A stretch of 64,000 nucleotides of DNA from an uncultured delta proteobacterium (lineage in GTDB: Bacteria > Desulfobacterota > Desulfobacteria > Desulfobacterales > JAFDCJ01). The notes under the pieces are model-generated. The model was not told where the DNA came from. It searched no databases and saw only the letters and a list, made by a program, of their open reading frames with translations. Numbering within the stretch: position 1 is the stretch's first letter; every line of letters begins with the position of its first letter. Below, piece after piece: positions 55,369 through 64,000 of this stretch. Made by a program: the position numbers and the translations under genes. The DNA is taken from positions 128,001 to 192,000 of the forward strand of contig CAVYNY010000035.1 of assembly GCA_963769935.1 (NCBI GenBank), read 5' to 3'.

Positions 55369-55443
55369 CTATCCCTTAAGTTTAGGTATAATTTTAGGAT
55401 AAAAATGAAGCAATGATTATGTTTGTTTTTCCCCCACGCAGCG

Positions 55444-56982
55444 TTACCCTTGCGCCAGCCGGCTCAAGCGGTCCCAGGGCTCCCGCATGCCTTCCACCAG
55501 TCTTTTATACTCCGTGTAGCGGGCCAGATAGGAGGGTGCCGCTGCGGGGTTGGGTTCCTGGCGGCGCTCAACCCTAACGGCCGTTTCGACCGCATCGGCA
55601 TGGTCCTTGTAGACACCGACACCGATTCCGGCACTCATGGCTGCGCCGCGGGCACCGATTTCGATTCCATCCGGTACTTCCATCGGCAGCCGCAGCGTGT
55701 CGGCAAATATCTGGGTCCAGACGGCACTGTGGGCGCCGCCGCCGCTTAGGCGTACCGCTTCAATGTGAATGTCGGACCCGCGGGCATCACGCAATTTTTC
55801 CAGATGGCTCAAGTGGCTGTAGACAACACCTTCATAGAGCGACCGCAGCATATGAGCCTTGGTGTGCCACCCGGCGATGCCGTAAAATCCGGCCCGGGCG
55901 GTTGCCTGCACGTTGGAGCCGAAAAGGAAAGGATGGAAAATAATGTCGCTGCCGCCCGGCGGCAGGCTGTCCACGATTTCACTGCAAACGTCGTAAACCG
56001 AAATTCCGCGCTCGGCGGCCATGGCTTTCTCTTCGGCACAAAATTGGGTGACGAACCATTCCAGGTTGGTGGCCGATGTTGCACTGGCTTCTACGGTAAG
56101 CCATAAATTTGGAACGGTAAAGATGGTGGTCATAAACAACGCGGGGTGGACGATCGGATCGGAGGTGACAATTTCGTTAATGCTCCAGGTTCCGGCAATG
56201 ATGCTCACCTGGTCCGGCCGATAAACTCCGGCGCCCAGTGCGGAGGCATCCACGTCAAAAAGGCCGCCGACGACCGGTGTTCCGGCGGCCAGCCCCGTGG
56301 CCCGGGACGCATCCGGCGTCACCCGGCCGGCAATGTCAAAGCTTTGCACCAGCGCCGGCAGGGCCGGGCGCAATTCTTTTAAATCGTAAAGATCCAACAG
56401 TTCATCGGAGTAACACTTATTGCGCACATCCAGCAGGCTGGTGGCGCTCATGTCGGTATAGTCGGACGTGATTTCACCCGTCAGGCAATACTTGATGTAG
56501 TCTTTGACCATCAGGACGGCCCCGACGCGCCGGTAGACCTGGGGCTCGTTGCGTTTGATCCAGGTCAGCAAGGCATTCGGCTGGGCGGGCCAGAAAGACT
56601 GGGTCGTATAAGGAAAGACCTGATCATGCAGGCGGCTGCGGTTCCAGGTATCGATAATATCGGCCGCGCGGGTATCCAGCGACTGGATGCCGGGACGGGC
56701 CGGACGCCCTTCTTTGTCGATCAGGTACAGCCCGTTGCCGTGGCCCGTCGTGCCGACAGCGATGATTTGCTCCGGCTTGATACCGGACAGGTTCACGGCT
56801 TCTTTAATCGTCATGGCCGTTTTCTGCCATAGCGCGTCCATGCTTCTTTCGGTCCAGCCCTGCCGAGGATACTCGGATTCAACTTTGCGGCTGGTCACCT
56901 GGATTTCGCGGCCCTGCAGGTCAAAAATTGCCGCTTTGGAGATCGTGTTGCCGTTGTCGATGCCAAGCAGATATTCAGACAT
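55444..56982 (-). CDS. FGGY-family sugar kinase (L-xylulose/3-keto-L-gulonate kinase-like)
   Basis: LGIDNGNTISKA, GHGNGLYLID, GLFDV, AGTWSINE, FHPFLFGSN and SGGGAHS. Confidence 0.88.
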   Translation of the reverse strand: MSEYLLGIDNGNTISKAAIFDLQGREIQVTSRKVESEYPRQGWTERSMDALWQKTAMTIKEAVNLSGIKPEQIIAVGTTGHGNGLYLIDKEGRPARPGIQSLDTRAADIIDTWNRSRLHDQVFPYTTQSFWPAQPNALLTWIKRNEPQVYRRVGAVLMVKDYIKYCLTGEITSDYTDMSATSLLDVRNKCYSDELLDLYDLKELRPALPALVQSFDIAGRVTPDASRATGLAAGTPVVGGLFDVDASALGAGVYRPDQVSIIAGTWSINEIVTSDPIVHPALFMTTIFTVPNLWLTVEASATSATNLEWFVTQFCAEEKAMAAERGISVYDVCSEIVDSLPPGGSDIIFHPFLFGSNVQATARAGFYGIAGWHTKAHMLRSLYEGVVYSHLSHLEKLRDARGSDIHIEAVRLSGGGAHSAVWTQIFADTLRLPMEVPDGIEIGARGAAMSAGIGVGVYKDHADAVETAVRVERRQEPNPAAAPSYLARYTEYKRLVEGMREPWDRLSRLAQG

Positions 56983-57026
56983 TTAGCATCCTCCTTGGAA
57001 AATCTTTATCTGAATAGACAAATCCT

Positions 57027-57098
57027 GGCGGGGGTAAACCCCGCCGCTACCTGGTAGGTAGGATATCTTGTGCAGGGGCGGGGTTTATCCCCGCCCGC
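57027..57098. repeat. Inverted pair of REP palindromes (BIME-like)
   Basis: GGCGGGGGTAAACCCCGCCGCTAC and GCAGGGGCGGGGTTTATCCCCGCCC. Confidence 0.75.
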
Positions 57099-57214
57099 AA
57101 GCGCTAAGTTGCTTTTAAAAGATGTTCTTTTTTGGATATAAACCGCCACACTCCTCGAAACCCTGAACGCTGAACCCTGAATGCTGAATCAATGAACCCT
57201 GAACGACATAAACC

Positions 57215-58219
57215 TCAGCTGCGTTTTCTGGTATGGCGGATGTGATCCAGGGAAACCGCGCCCAGCAGGATGCCGCCGCGGATCAGATCCTGCCAGTAGG
57301 GGGAGACATCCAGCAGAACCATCGAGCCGGTGATGGTCTGCAGCAGGGCAATGCCCAGAATCGAGCCCAGCACCGTTCCCACGCCGCCGGTCAGGCTGGC
57401 CCCGCCGATGACCACCGCCGAGATGGCGTTCAACTCCAGACCGATGCCGAAGCCCGGAATCGAGGCGCCGAAGCGCGACATGTAAACGATGCCGGCCAGC
57501 CCGGATAGGGTGGAGCACAATATGCAGGTGACGATCTTCACCCGGTGGGTTTTGATGCCGGAAAAAATCGCGGCCTTTTCGTTGCTGCCGGTATAAAACA
57601 CCTTGCGTGCCAGCGACGATTTGCGCATTAAATAATCGCTGATCACCACAATGACGGCAAAAAGGAATATGGTAAAGGGGAGACTGTAGACGGTGCCCTG
57701 GCCGATGAACTTAAAGGACTTGGGCAGGGCAAACAGCGACAGCGGCGTGCCCTGGGTGATCACAAAACACAACCCCCGTGCAATGCCCATAAACGCCAGG
57801 GTCGTTATGAAAAAATTCAACCCGACTTTGGTGACAAAGATGCCGATTGTAAAGCCGATCAGGCTGCATATCACGATGCCGATCAGGCTGGCCAGCCAGG
57901 GATCGATTCCCAGCAGAAAAAGCTTGCCGCCAATGACCATCGCCAGGCACATCACCGAGCCCACCGACAAGTCAAAGCCGCCGACCACCAGGATCAGCGT
58001 CATGCCCACCACGACGATGCCCTCGGTGGAAAACGACAGCAGGATGGCTTTGATGTTGGGCCAGGTTAAAAAATACGGTGACACAAAACTCATGATGATG
58101 CACACCGCCACAATGATCAGTATCAGGGTGCCTTCCCGAAACCCCCGGATAGCCTCGAAAACATTGCTGACCTTGGCGGTGGATACCTTGTCTGTTGGAA
58201 CCATGCCGACACTGTCCAT
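57215..58219 (-). CDS. Sugar ABC permease (RbsC-type)
   Basis: GGFDLSVGS, GSNEKAA..SGI and ELNAISAVVIGGASL. Confidence 0.93.
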   Translation of the reverse strand: MDSVGMVPTDKVSTAKVSNVFEAIRGFREGTLILIIVAVCIIMSFVSPYFLTWPNIKAILLSFSTEGIVVVGMTLILVVGGFDLSVGSVMCLAMVIGGKLFLLGIDPWLASLIGIVICSLIGFTIGIFVTKVGLNFFITTLAFMGIARGLCFVITQGTPLSLFALPKSFKFIGQGTVYSLPFTIFLFAVIVVISDYLMRKSSLARKVFYTGSNEKAAIFSGIKTHRVKIVTCILCSTLSGLAGIVYMSRFGASIPGFGIGLELNAISAVVIGGASLTGGVGTVLGSILGIALLQTITGSMVLLDVSPYWQDLIRGGILLGAVSLDHIRHTRKRS

Positions 58220-58318
58220 AGTTCAATTCCTTTGATATTGAAATCCTGATCCTGGCTTATGAGTTGGTATCGATCATAGTCCCAAGACTCATTACCCCAA
58301 CACTCCGCCCTTCTTCTT

Positions 58319-59821
58319 TCACACACATATCCCGGAAGCCAGCTGAATGATGCGCTGCTCGGTAATCTGATCGCCGGTGATGATGTCGCACTGCCGTCCT
58401 TCGTGCATCACCAGCACCCGGTCGCACATGCCGATGACTTCCGGCAGCTCCGATGATATCATGATCACGCCGATGCCCTGTCCGGCCAGTTCGCGCAGCA
58501 GGCGATGGATCTCGGATTTGGCGCCCACATCAATGCCGCGGGTGGGTTCATCCATGATGATGACGGCCGGATTGATAGACAGCAGCTTGGCGATTAATAC
58601 TTTTTGCTGATTGCCCCCGCTCAAAGAGGAGACCAGCTGAACCAGGGAATGATATTTGATGTTCAATTTGTCTGCCAGCCGGCTGGAAAGCTCGCGGGTG
58701 AGCTTGCGGTCGACAAACCCCCGGTATGAAACCTGCTTCAGATTCATGGCCGTGATGTTGCTGCCGATGGGCATCTCCAGAAACAATCCCTCAGATTTGC
58801 GGTCTTCGGTCAGATAAACGATTCCCTGCCGGATCGCATCTTCATAGCTGTTCACATTCAGAGGTCGGCCCTTGAAGACGACCTCGCCGGCTTTTTTAGG
58901 ATACAGCCCGCAAATGGCCTTGGCCAGCTCGCTGCGCCCGGCACCCACCAGGCCGGAAAATCCCAGAATTTCGCCCTCAAACAGATCAAAGTTGATGTCG
59001 TGGAAGCGACCCTCGTTCGAGAAGCCGCGAATCTGCAGCAGCACATTGGCCGGCTCGGCCGGCTGCTTGGCTTTGGCCGGGTACAGGTCGCCGATCTCCC
59101 GGCCCACCATTTTATTGACCACTTCGGTCGAAGTGGTCTGGTCCACGTCGTAGGTGCCGATATACCGGCCGTCCCTGAGAACCGACACCCGGTCGCAATG
59201 GGCGAAGACCTCCGCCATGCGGTGGCTGATGTAGATAATGCTGATGCCCTGGTCCTTGAGCTTTTTCATGATCTGAAACAAGGCGTCCGTTTCACTCTCG
59301 GTCAACACCGCCGTGGGCTCATCCAGGATCAATATCCGGCAGTCCAGCGTCAGCGCCTTGGCGATCTCCACCACCTGCTGGTTGGAGATGCTCAATTCGC
59401 CGACTTTTTTGTGGGGTTCGATGGGATGCAGGGATTGAAGGGCCCTGGCGGTCTTGGCGTACAGCTCTTTGTAATTTACCAGCCACGCCTTGTCGGCATT
59501 GATCGAAGACATGTACAGGTTTTCAGCCACCGTGACATCGGGGCAAAGCGCGATTTCCTGGTGGACAAAACCGATGCCGAGCCGTTGGGCGGCCAAGGGG
59601 TCTTTAATCTCCACTTTGCGGCCGTTGACAAAAATCTCGCCGGCGTCCGGTGTGTAGACGCCGTCAATCACGTTCATCAACGTGGATTTGCCGGCGCCGT
59701 TTTCGCCCACCACCGCATGAATCTCACCTTTGCGCAGTTGAAAATTCACCTTGGAAAGAGCCTGGGTGCCGGGAAACGACTTGTCAATGCCTCTGACTTC
59801 TAAAACCAATTCTTCGGTCAA
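58319..59821 (-). CDS. Sugar ABC ATPase with tandem NBDs (RbsA-type); TTG start inferred
   Basis: GENGAGKST, LILDEPT, LSGGNQQKV and DEPTRGIDVGAK. Confidence 0.93.
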   Translation of the reverse strand: MTEELVLEVRGIDKSFPGTQALSKVNFQLRKGEIHAVVGENGAGKSTLMNVIDGVYTPDAGEIFVNGRKVEIKDPLAAQRLGIGFVHQEIALCPDVTVAENLYMSSINADKAWLVNYKELYAKTARALQSLHPIEPHKKVGELSISNQQVVEIAKALTLDCRILILDEPTAVLTESETDALFQIMKKLKDQGISIIYISHRMAEVFAHCDRVSVLRDGRYIGTYDVDQTTSTEVVNKMVGREIGDLYPAKAKQPAEPANVLLQIRGFSNEGRFHDINFDLFEGEILGFSGLVGAGRSELAKAICGLYPKKAGEVVFKGRPLNVNSYEDAIRQGIVYLTEDRKSEGLFLEMPIGSNITAMNLKQVSYRGFVDRKLTRELSSRLADKLNIKYHSLVQLVSSLSGGNQQKVLIAKLLSINPAVIIMDEPTRGIDVGAKSEIHRLLRELAGQGIGVIMISSELPEVIGMCDRVLVMHEGRQCDIITGDQITEQRIIQLASGICV

Positions 59822-59878
59822 GAAGATCACCCCCCCCATGAATTGAAGATTGAAGATTGTAAATTTAATATTGTAATA

Positions 59879-60039
59879 GGTTTCAGGTGTCAAGTGTCAG
59901 AAGACAGATATCAGAAGACAGAGTCCAGAGGCTGGGATGCTGGAAAGCAATACCTCAGATCTTTGTCCATCCCTTTGTACCGCTCGCCAGCAGCCTTTCG
60001 CCTTTTACCTTTATCCTTTGCTGACTGACACCTGAAACC
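59879..60039. mobile_element. MITE-like element, copy 2 (inverted relative to copy 1)
   Basis: GGTTTCAGGTGTC...GACACCTGAAACC with a shared core GCGAGYGGTAC..AGGGATGGACAA..TTGCTTTCCAGC. Confidence 0.75.
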
Positions 60040-60048
60040 AGCAGTTAT

Positions 60049-61102
60049 TTACTCTTTGATGCCATTGGTGCCGCGTCGTTTCAGGTATTTATCCCAGTAA
60101 AAGTCGTCGGCATTCTCCTTGGTGACCAGTGCCAGCCCGTTGTCGCAATAGGGGATCTGCATCGGGTTGTAGCCTTTGCGTTTGTAGTCGTTCATCGGAT
60201 CGATCATATCCGAATGCTTGGCCAGGTACAAGAACATCATGCCGAAATACCCCTGCACCCCCTGGTCGGGGTTCAGCGCGCCCCAGATATCGCCTTCCTT
60301 GATCATATCCAGAACTTTCTGGTTAACATCGGTGCAAAGAATTTTGATCTTCCCGCCAAGTTCCTTGGCGGCCTGGGCCGCACCCATGGCCGAGCTGGCT
60401 TCGGGCATGAAAATTGCGCCGAGTTCGGGGTGTCCCTGGGCCATGGTCAGGGTCGCCTGATAGGCCTTGTTGGCATCCTGGTTGGAAGCGGCGGTGGCAA
60501 CGACCTTGATGCCCGGCCACTTGGTTTCAATGCGTTTGGTAAATGACTTGACCCGCAGGTCATGATTGTCCTGGCCGGGGTTTTGGAGGGTCGCCACTTC
60601 GCCCTTGCCCCCTAAGTAGTTCCCCTACTTTGTCGGCCGCAAAGTAGCCTTCGCGAACGTTGTCGGAAGTGATATAAGATACGCGTTTGCTGTTCGGGGA
60701 GTCCGCGGCAAACGTGACCACGGGAATACCCATTTCATAGGCCCGGTTAATGGGTTCAATGAAAGGATCCGGGTTCATGGGATGCAGGAATATACCGGCC
60801 GGCTTTTTGGCCAGGATTTGCTCGAACACGGCCAGTTGTTTATTGACGTCATATTCCGCTGTGCCGGTGTAGACGGTTTTTACTCCCAGCTGCCAGCCGG
60901 CCTGCTTGAACATTTCATAAACCGGAAACCAGTACTCCACGCCCGAAACCATCACACACATGTAATAGGTTTCGTTCGGATCTCCCTTAAAGGGGTTCTT
61001 TGCACGCCAGAATTTTTCCAGCGATGACTGTCCTGCCAGGGTTGCACCTGCGGTGAGAATCATCAGGGAAACGATCAGCATTGCTATTACTATTCTTTTC
61101 AT
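60049..61102 (-). CDS. Sugar ABC transporter binding protein, copy 2, frameshift near 60607
   Basis: Close paralog of 50603-51631 (SGVEYWFPVYEMFKQAG, NPGQDNHD, FYWDKYLKRRGT). Confidence 0.88.
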
Positions 61103-61425
61103 TGTCTTCCTCCCGTTGTAGTGTTAGTTTTACCTCTTGCTCGTTGCTCTATTATAAACAAAATCTGTCATTCGTGACGCGGTGGATTTATTAAATCGGG
61201 ATATCCCGCAATAAAAAAATATCAGCACGCCACTGCTGTCAAATGGATATCACCTCCTTTAATGGCCGGTCTCTGAGAACTATCTCTCCGATTCCGTCAT
61301 TGCCGCCGCTTGTCGAAAGCGGCAGGCCAGATTTTATAAAATGGTCTGCTATTTAAAACGCCATTTTATATTTGTCAATAACCAGACTTTGAACCCGTCT
61401 TTGGATGGATCTTCAACTTGCATCT

Positions 61426-62391
61426 TTACCCTTCGACCTTTGTGGTTATCAGCGTGTAAACGGCGACCGTGCCGATGAGCACGATGCCTTTGGCAAAAGA
61501 CTGCCAGTAGGGGGGTATCCATAGAACGGTCATACCGATCGACACGCACATGATGATCAGGGCGCCGACGACCGTCTTCAACACGGACCCCTCACCGCCG
61601 TAAAAACGGGTGCCGCCCAGAAGAATGGCAATGATGGCTTCCAGTTCCATCAGATTGCCGGTCATCGGATCGCCCATGGACAGGTAACTTGCTCTGGCTA
61701 TGCCGCCGATGGCAGAAAGAAAGCCGGTAATCATATACAGCACCCAGATCGTCCCGACAACATTGATGCCGGATAGTTCCGCCGCCGTCATGTTGCCGCC
61801 GATGGCCGCGGTATACTTGCCGAGCACCGTCTTTTTTTGAACAATGACCATGATGACGATGACCGCCACCGCAACGTAAAACGCTGCCGGCAGTCCCAGG
61901 AACACGGGCGCCCGGGCGAAATCATTGATGCCCGCCGGCATGTTGCCTTTAATCAAGCCGATCTGGCGCGGGGTCAGGGTCCAGGCAATCCCCCGAAACA
62001 GGTACAGGGTCACCAGCGTGGCGATGACGGACACAATGCGCAGCTTCATCACCAGCAGGCCGTTGATGTAGCCCATCAAAACCCCCAGTCCCATGGTCAG
62101 CAGCGTGCCCCAGAAGAAGCCAAACCCGTTTTTCAGCAGGATGCAATAGACGACACCGCTCAAGCTGACCATGCTGCCCACCGACAGATCGATCTGAGCG
62201 GCGATCATGATGAGGGTGGCGCCGCAGCTGACCAGCAATATCGGTACGGACATTCGCAGAATATTGACAATGTTGGCCGGATTCAAAAAGTTCATAGACA
62301 CCGCACTGAACCCGATGACAATCAAAGCCAGCACGAGGAACACAAAGATGTTCTTGAAGGTCGTCCAGGTGAATTTGCTTTGCATTTCCAT
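61426..62391 (-). CDS. Sugar ABC permease
   Basis: IDLSVGS, AIGGNMTAAELSGI and ELEAIIAILLGG. Confidence 0.92.
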   Translation of the reverse strand: MEMQSKFTWTTFKNIFVFLVLALIVIGFSAVSMNFLNPANIVNILRMSVPILLVSCGATLIMIAAQIDLSVGSMVSLSGVVYCILLKNGFGFFWGTLLTMGLGVLMGYINGLLVMKLRIVSVIATLVTLYLFRGIAWTLTPRQIGLIKGNMPAGINDFARAPVFLGLPAAFYVAVAVIVIMVIVQKKTVLGKYTAAIGGNMTAAELSGINVVGTIWVLYMITGFLSAIGGIARASYLSMGDPMTGNLMELEAIIAILLGGTRFYGGEGSVLKTVVGALIIMCVSIGMTVLWIPPYWQSFAKGIVLIGTVAVYTLITTKVEG

Positions 62392-62409
62392 AATTAGCGT
62401 TCCTCAATG

Positions 62410-62535
62410 TGATTGAAGATTGAAGATTTGTAGTTGTCGCTTCGCTCCGTCACCTTTTAGATAAATCTTTATAAAATCGACCCGCCGCAGGCGGACATTA
62501 AATATTCAATTTACAATCTTCAATTTTCAATTCCG
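62410..62535. repeat. ATTGAAG-heptamer palindromic element
   Basis: GATTGAAGATTGAAG...CAATCTTCAATTTTCAATTCCGG. Confidence 0.65.
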
Positions 62536-62536
62536 G

Positions 62537-63544
62537 TCATGTTGTTCTGTGGTCCAATGCAAAACGTTGCGATAGAATCGCGATCAGCGTGATGCCGCCC
62601 TTTACGATCGTCTGGATATCCGGCGACAACCCCAGCATGTTCAGCGAGGTGGACACGATGCCGAGGATGAATGCACCCACGACGGCGCACATAACTGAGC
62701 CGAAACCGCCGAAAATGCTGGTTCCGCCCAGCAGGGTGATTACCAGCGCATCAAATTCAAAACCTTCGCCCAAGCTGGAAATACCCGCGTTGTGAATGGA
62801 ACCCATGATGACCCCGATCAGCCCGGCTAGAAATGAACTTGCCAGGTATAGGATCGAAATGTGCCTTTCGACTTTGATGCCGGAGAGTTTGGCGGCTACC
62901 GGATTTGCGCCGATGTAATAGGTCCGGCGGCCGAAGACAGTCTTTTTTTCAATAACCAGCGCTATAATTACCAGTATGACCATCAAAATAACCGAAGCAT
63001 TGACCGTGCCGATCAGAGAGAATTCACCGAATTTTTTGAATACATAAGGCAGGCCGGCGTTGCGCTGCGAGCCCTGGGTGATAATCAGCGCAATGCCGCG
63101 CGCCAGCGACATGGTGCCCAGCGTGACAATAATGGATGCGACTTTCAAGCGGGTGACAAAAAAGGCGTTGATCGCACCGATGAACATGCAGCAGACCAGG
63201 GTTGCTAAAATGGCAACACCGTAGGTCATGCCGAGCCCGCGGGCCAGTTCCATGCCGGCACCCGTGGGGGACTGGCAGAAATAGGCCGACAGGACGGCGC
63301 CCAAACCGACGATTCCGCCGACCGACAGGTCGAAATTGCCGCTGATTAAAAGAAACGTTACGAAAATTGACAGAATGATAAGTTCCGCCTGCTGTGAAAG
63401 CTGATTTGAGATGGTATGGATATCAAAAAACCGGGGTACAAATCCGGATGCCGCGATGAAGAAAATGATCAACACGCCGAACATGGATAAAACAATAAAC
63501 GATTCATTGCTCATTTTTCCAATGGCTGATTTTTGTTCCGGCAT
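62537..63544 (-). CDS. Sugar ABC permease
   Basis: GNFDLSVGG, IGANPVAAKLSGI and EFDALVITLLGGTS. Confidence 0.92.
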   Translation of the reverse strand: MPEQKSAIGKMSNESFIVLSMFGVLIIFFIAASGFVPRFFDIHTISNQLSQQAELIILSIFVTFLLISGNFDLSVGGIVGLGAVLSAYFCQSPTGAGMELARGLGMTYGVAILATLVCCMFIGAINAFFVTRLKVASIIVTLGTMSLARGIALIITQGSQRNAGLPYVFKKFGEFSLIGTVNASVILMVILVIIALVIEKKTVFGRRTYYIGANPVAAKLSGIKVERHISILYLASSFLAGLIGVIMGSIHNAGISSLGEGFEFDALVITLLGGTSIFGGFGSVMCAVVGAFILGIVSTSLNMLGLSPDIQTIVKGGITLIAILSQRFALDHRTT

Positions 63545-64000
63545 TATTCGCCTCCCGTGCAAATATGGAGCAGTTTTTCACTGTCGATATCCCGGCAGTT
63601 GTCCAGTCCCGCTCTCAGGTTCCCGTCATAGAGCAGAAAGATCCGATCGCACATGTTCATGATTTCCGGCAATTCGGAGGAGCAGAAGATGATGGACTTG
63701 CCCTCCTGTGATAACTGGCGCACGATTTTGTAAATCTCGCTTTTGGCCCCCACATCGACCCCGCGGGTCGGCTCATCCAGGATGAGCAGATCCGCTTCGG
63801 CAAAAAGGCACTTGGCAAAGACGACTTTTTGCTGGTTCCCGCCCGAGAGTTTGGCAACTTCTTTTTCGGCGCTGCTGGTCATGATAGCCAGGCGCTTGAT
63901 GAAGTCCAGGGTGGCGTGCAGATCTTGGCGGCTGTTGATAAAACCCATCTTTGAAATTTTGCGCATGTTCATGACGGGGATATTGCTTCTGATCGTCAGG
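63544..64000 (-). CDS. Sugar ABC ATPase, 3' part (continues beyond the window)
   Basis: LSGGNQQKV, DEPTRGVDVGAK and SSELPE. Confidence 0.9.
   Translation of the reverse strand, partial: LTIRSNIPVMNMRKISKMGFINSRQDLHATLDFIKRLAIMTSSAEKEVAKLSGGNQQKVVFAKCLFAEADLLILDEPTRGVDVGAKSEIYKIVRQLSQEGKSIIFCSSELPEIMNMCDRIFLLYDGNLRAGLDNCRDIDSEKLLHICTGGE

Noticed and set aside
57150..57205. CRISPR array, here and at other short-repeat tracts
   Set aside because: These are 7-8 bp tandem units without unique spacers, and no cas genes are present.
61222..61260. Strong RBS (AAGGAGGTGA, minus strand) suggesting a leader peptide
   Set aside because: The following TTG opens only six codons, with no further support.

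Overview
A bacterial window of roughly 53% GC. Gene content and many short palindromic intergenic repeats suggest an anaerobic Desulfobacterales-like deltaproteobacterium (inference). Single-base indels split many genes and are densest at 18.2-18.7 kb and 43.9-47.6 kb. This points to long-read consensus error, although several genes are truly decayed. In order, the window holds: a phospholipase D, an alpha/beta-hydrolase plus MlaA pair, a binding protein plus hybrid kinase, and a sulfatase plus HAD phosphatase. Next is a stand-alone ~7.8 kb enediyne-type iterative PKS (KS-AT-ACP-ACP*-KR-DH-PPTase) with two hot-dog thioesterases fused to its C-terminus and no E3/E4/E5 partner genes; this is the most interesting feature. 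After it come a divergent hybrid kinase and a ~9 kb junkyard of gene fragments (defence-island remnant, headless higB, IolD-like gene, enolase tail). The rest is gpmA, metabolic genes, a polyamine-type ABC transporter, and a large minus-strand sugar/polyol catabolic cluster (two ABC systems, duplicated binding proteins, two FGGY kinases, a URO-D/MtaA-family enzyme, GldA and an SMP-30 lactonase). I saw no tRNA, rRNA or CRISPR array.
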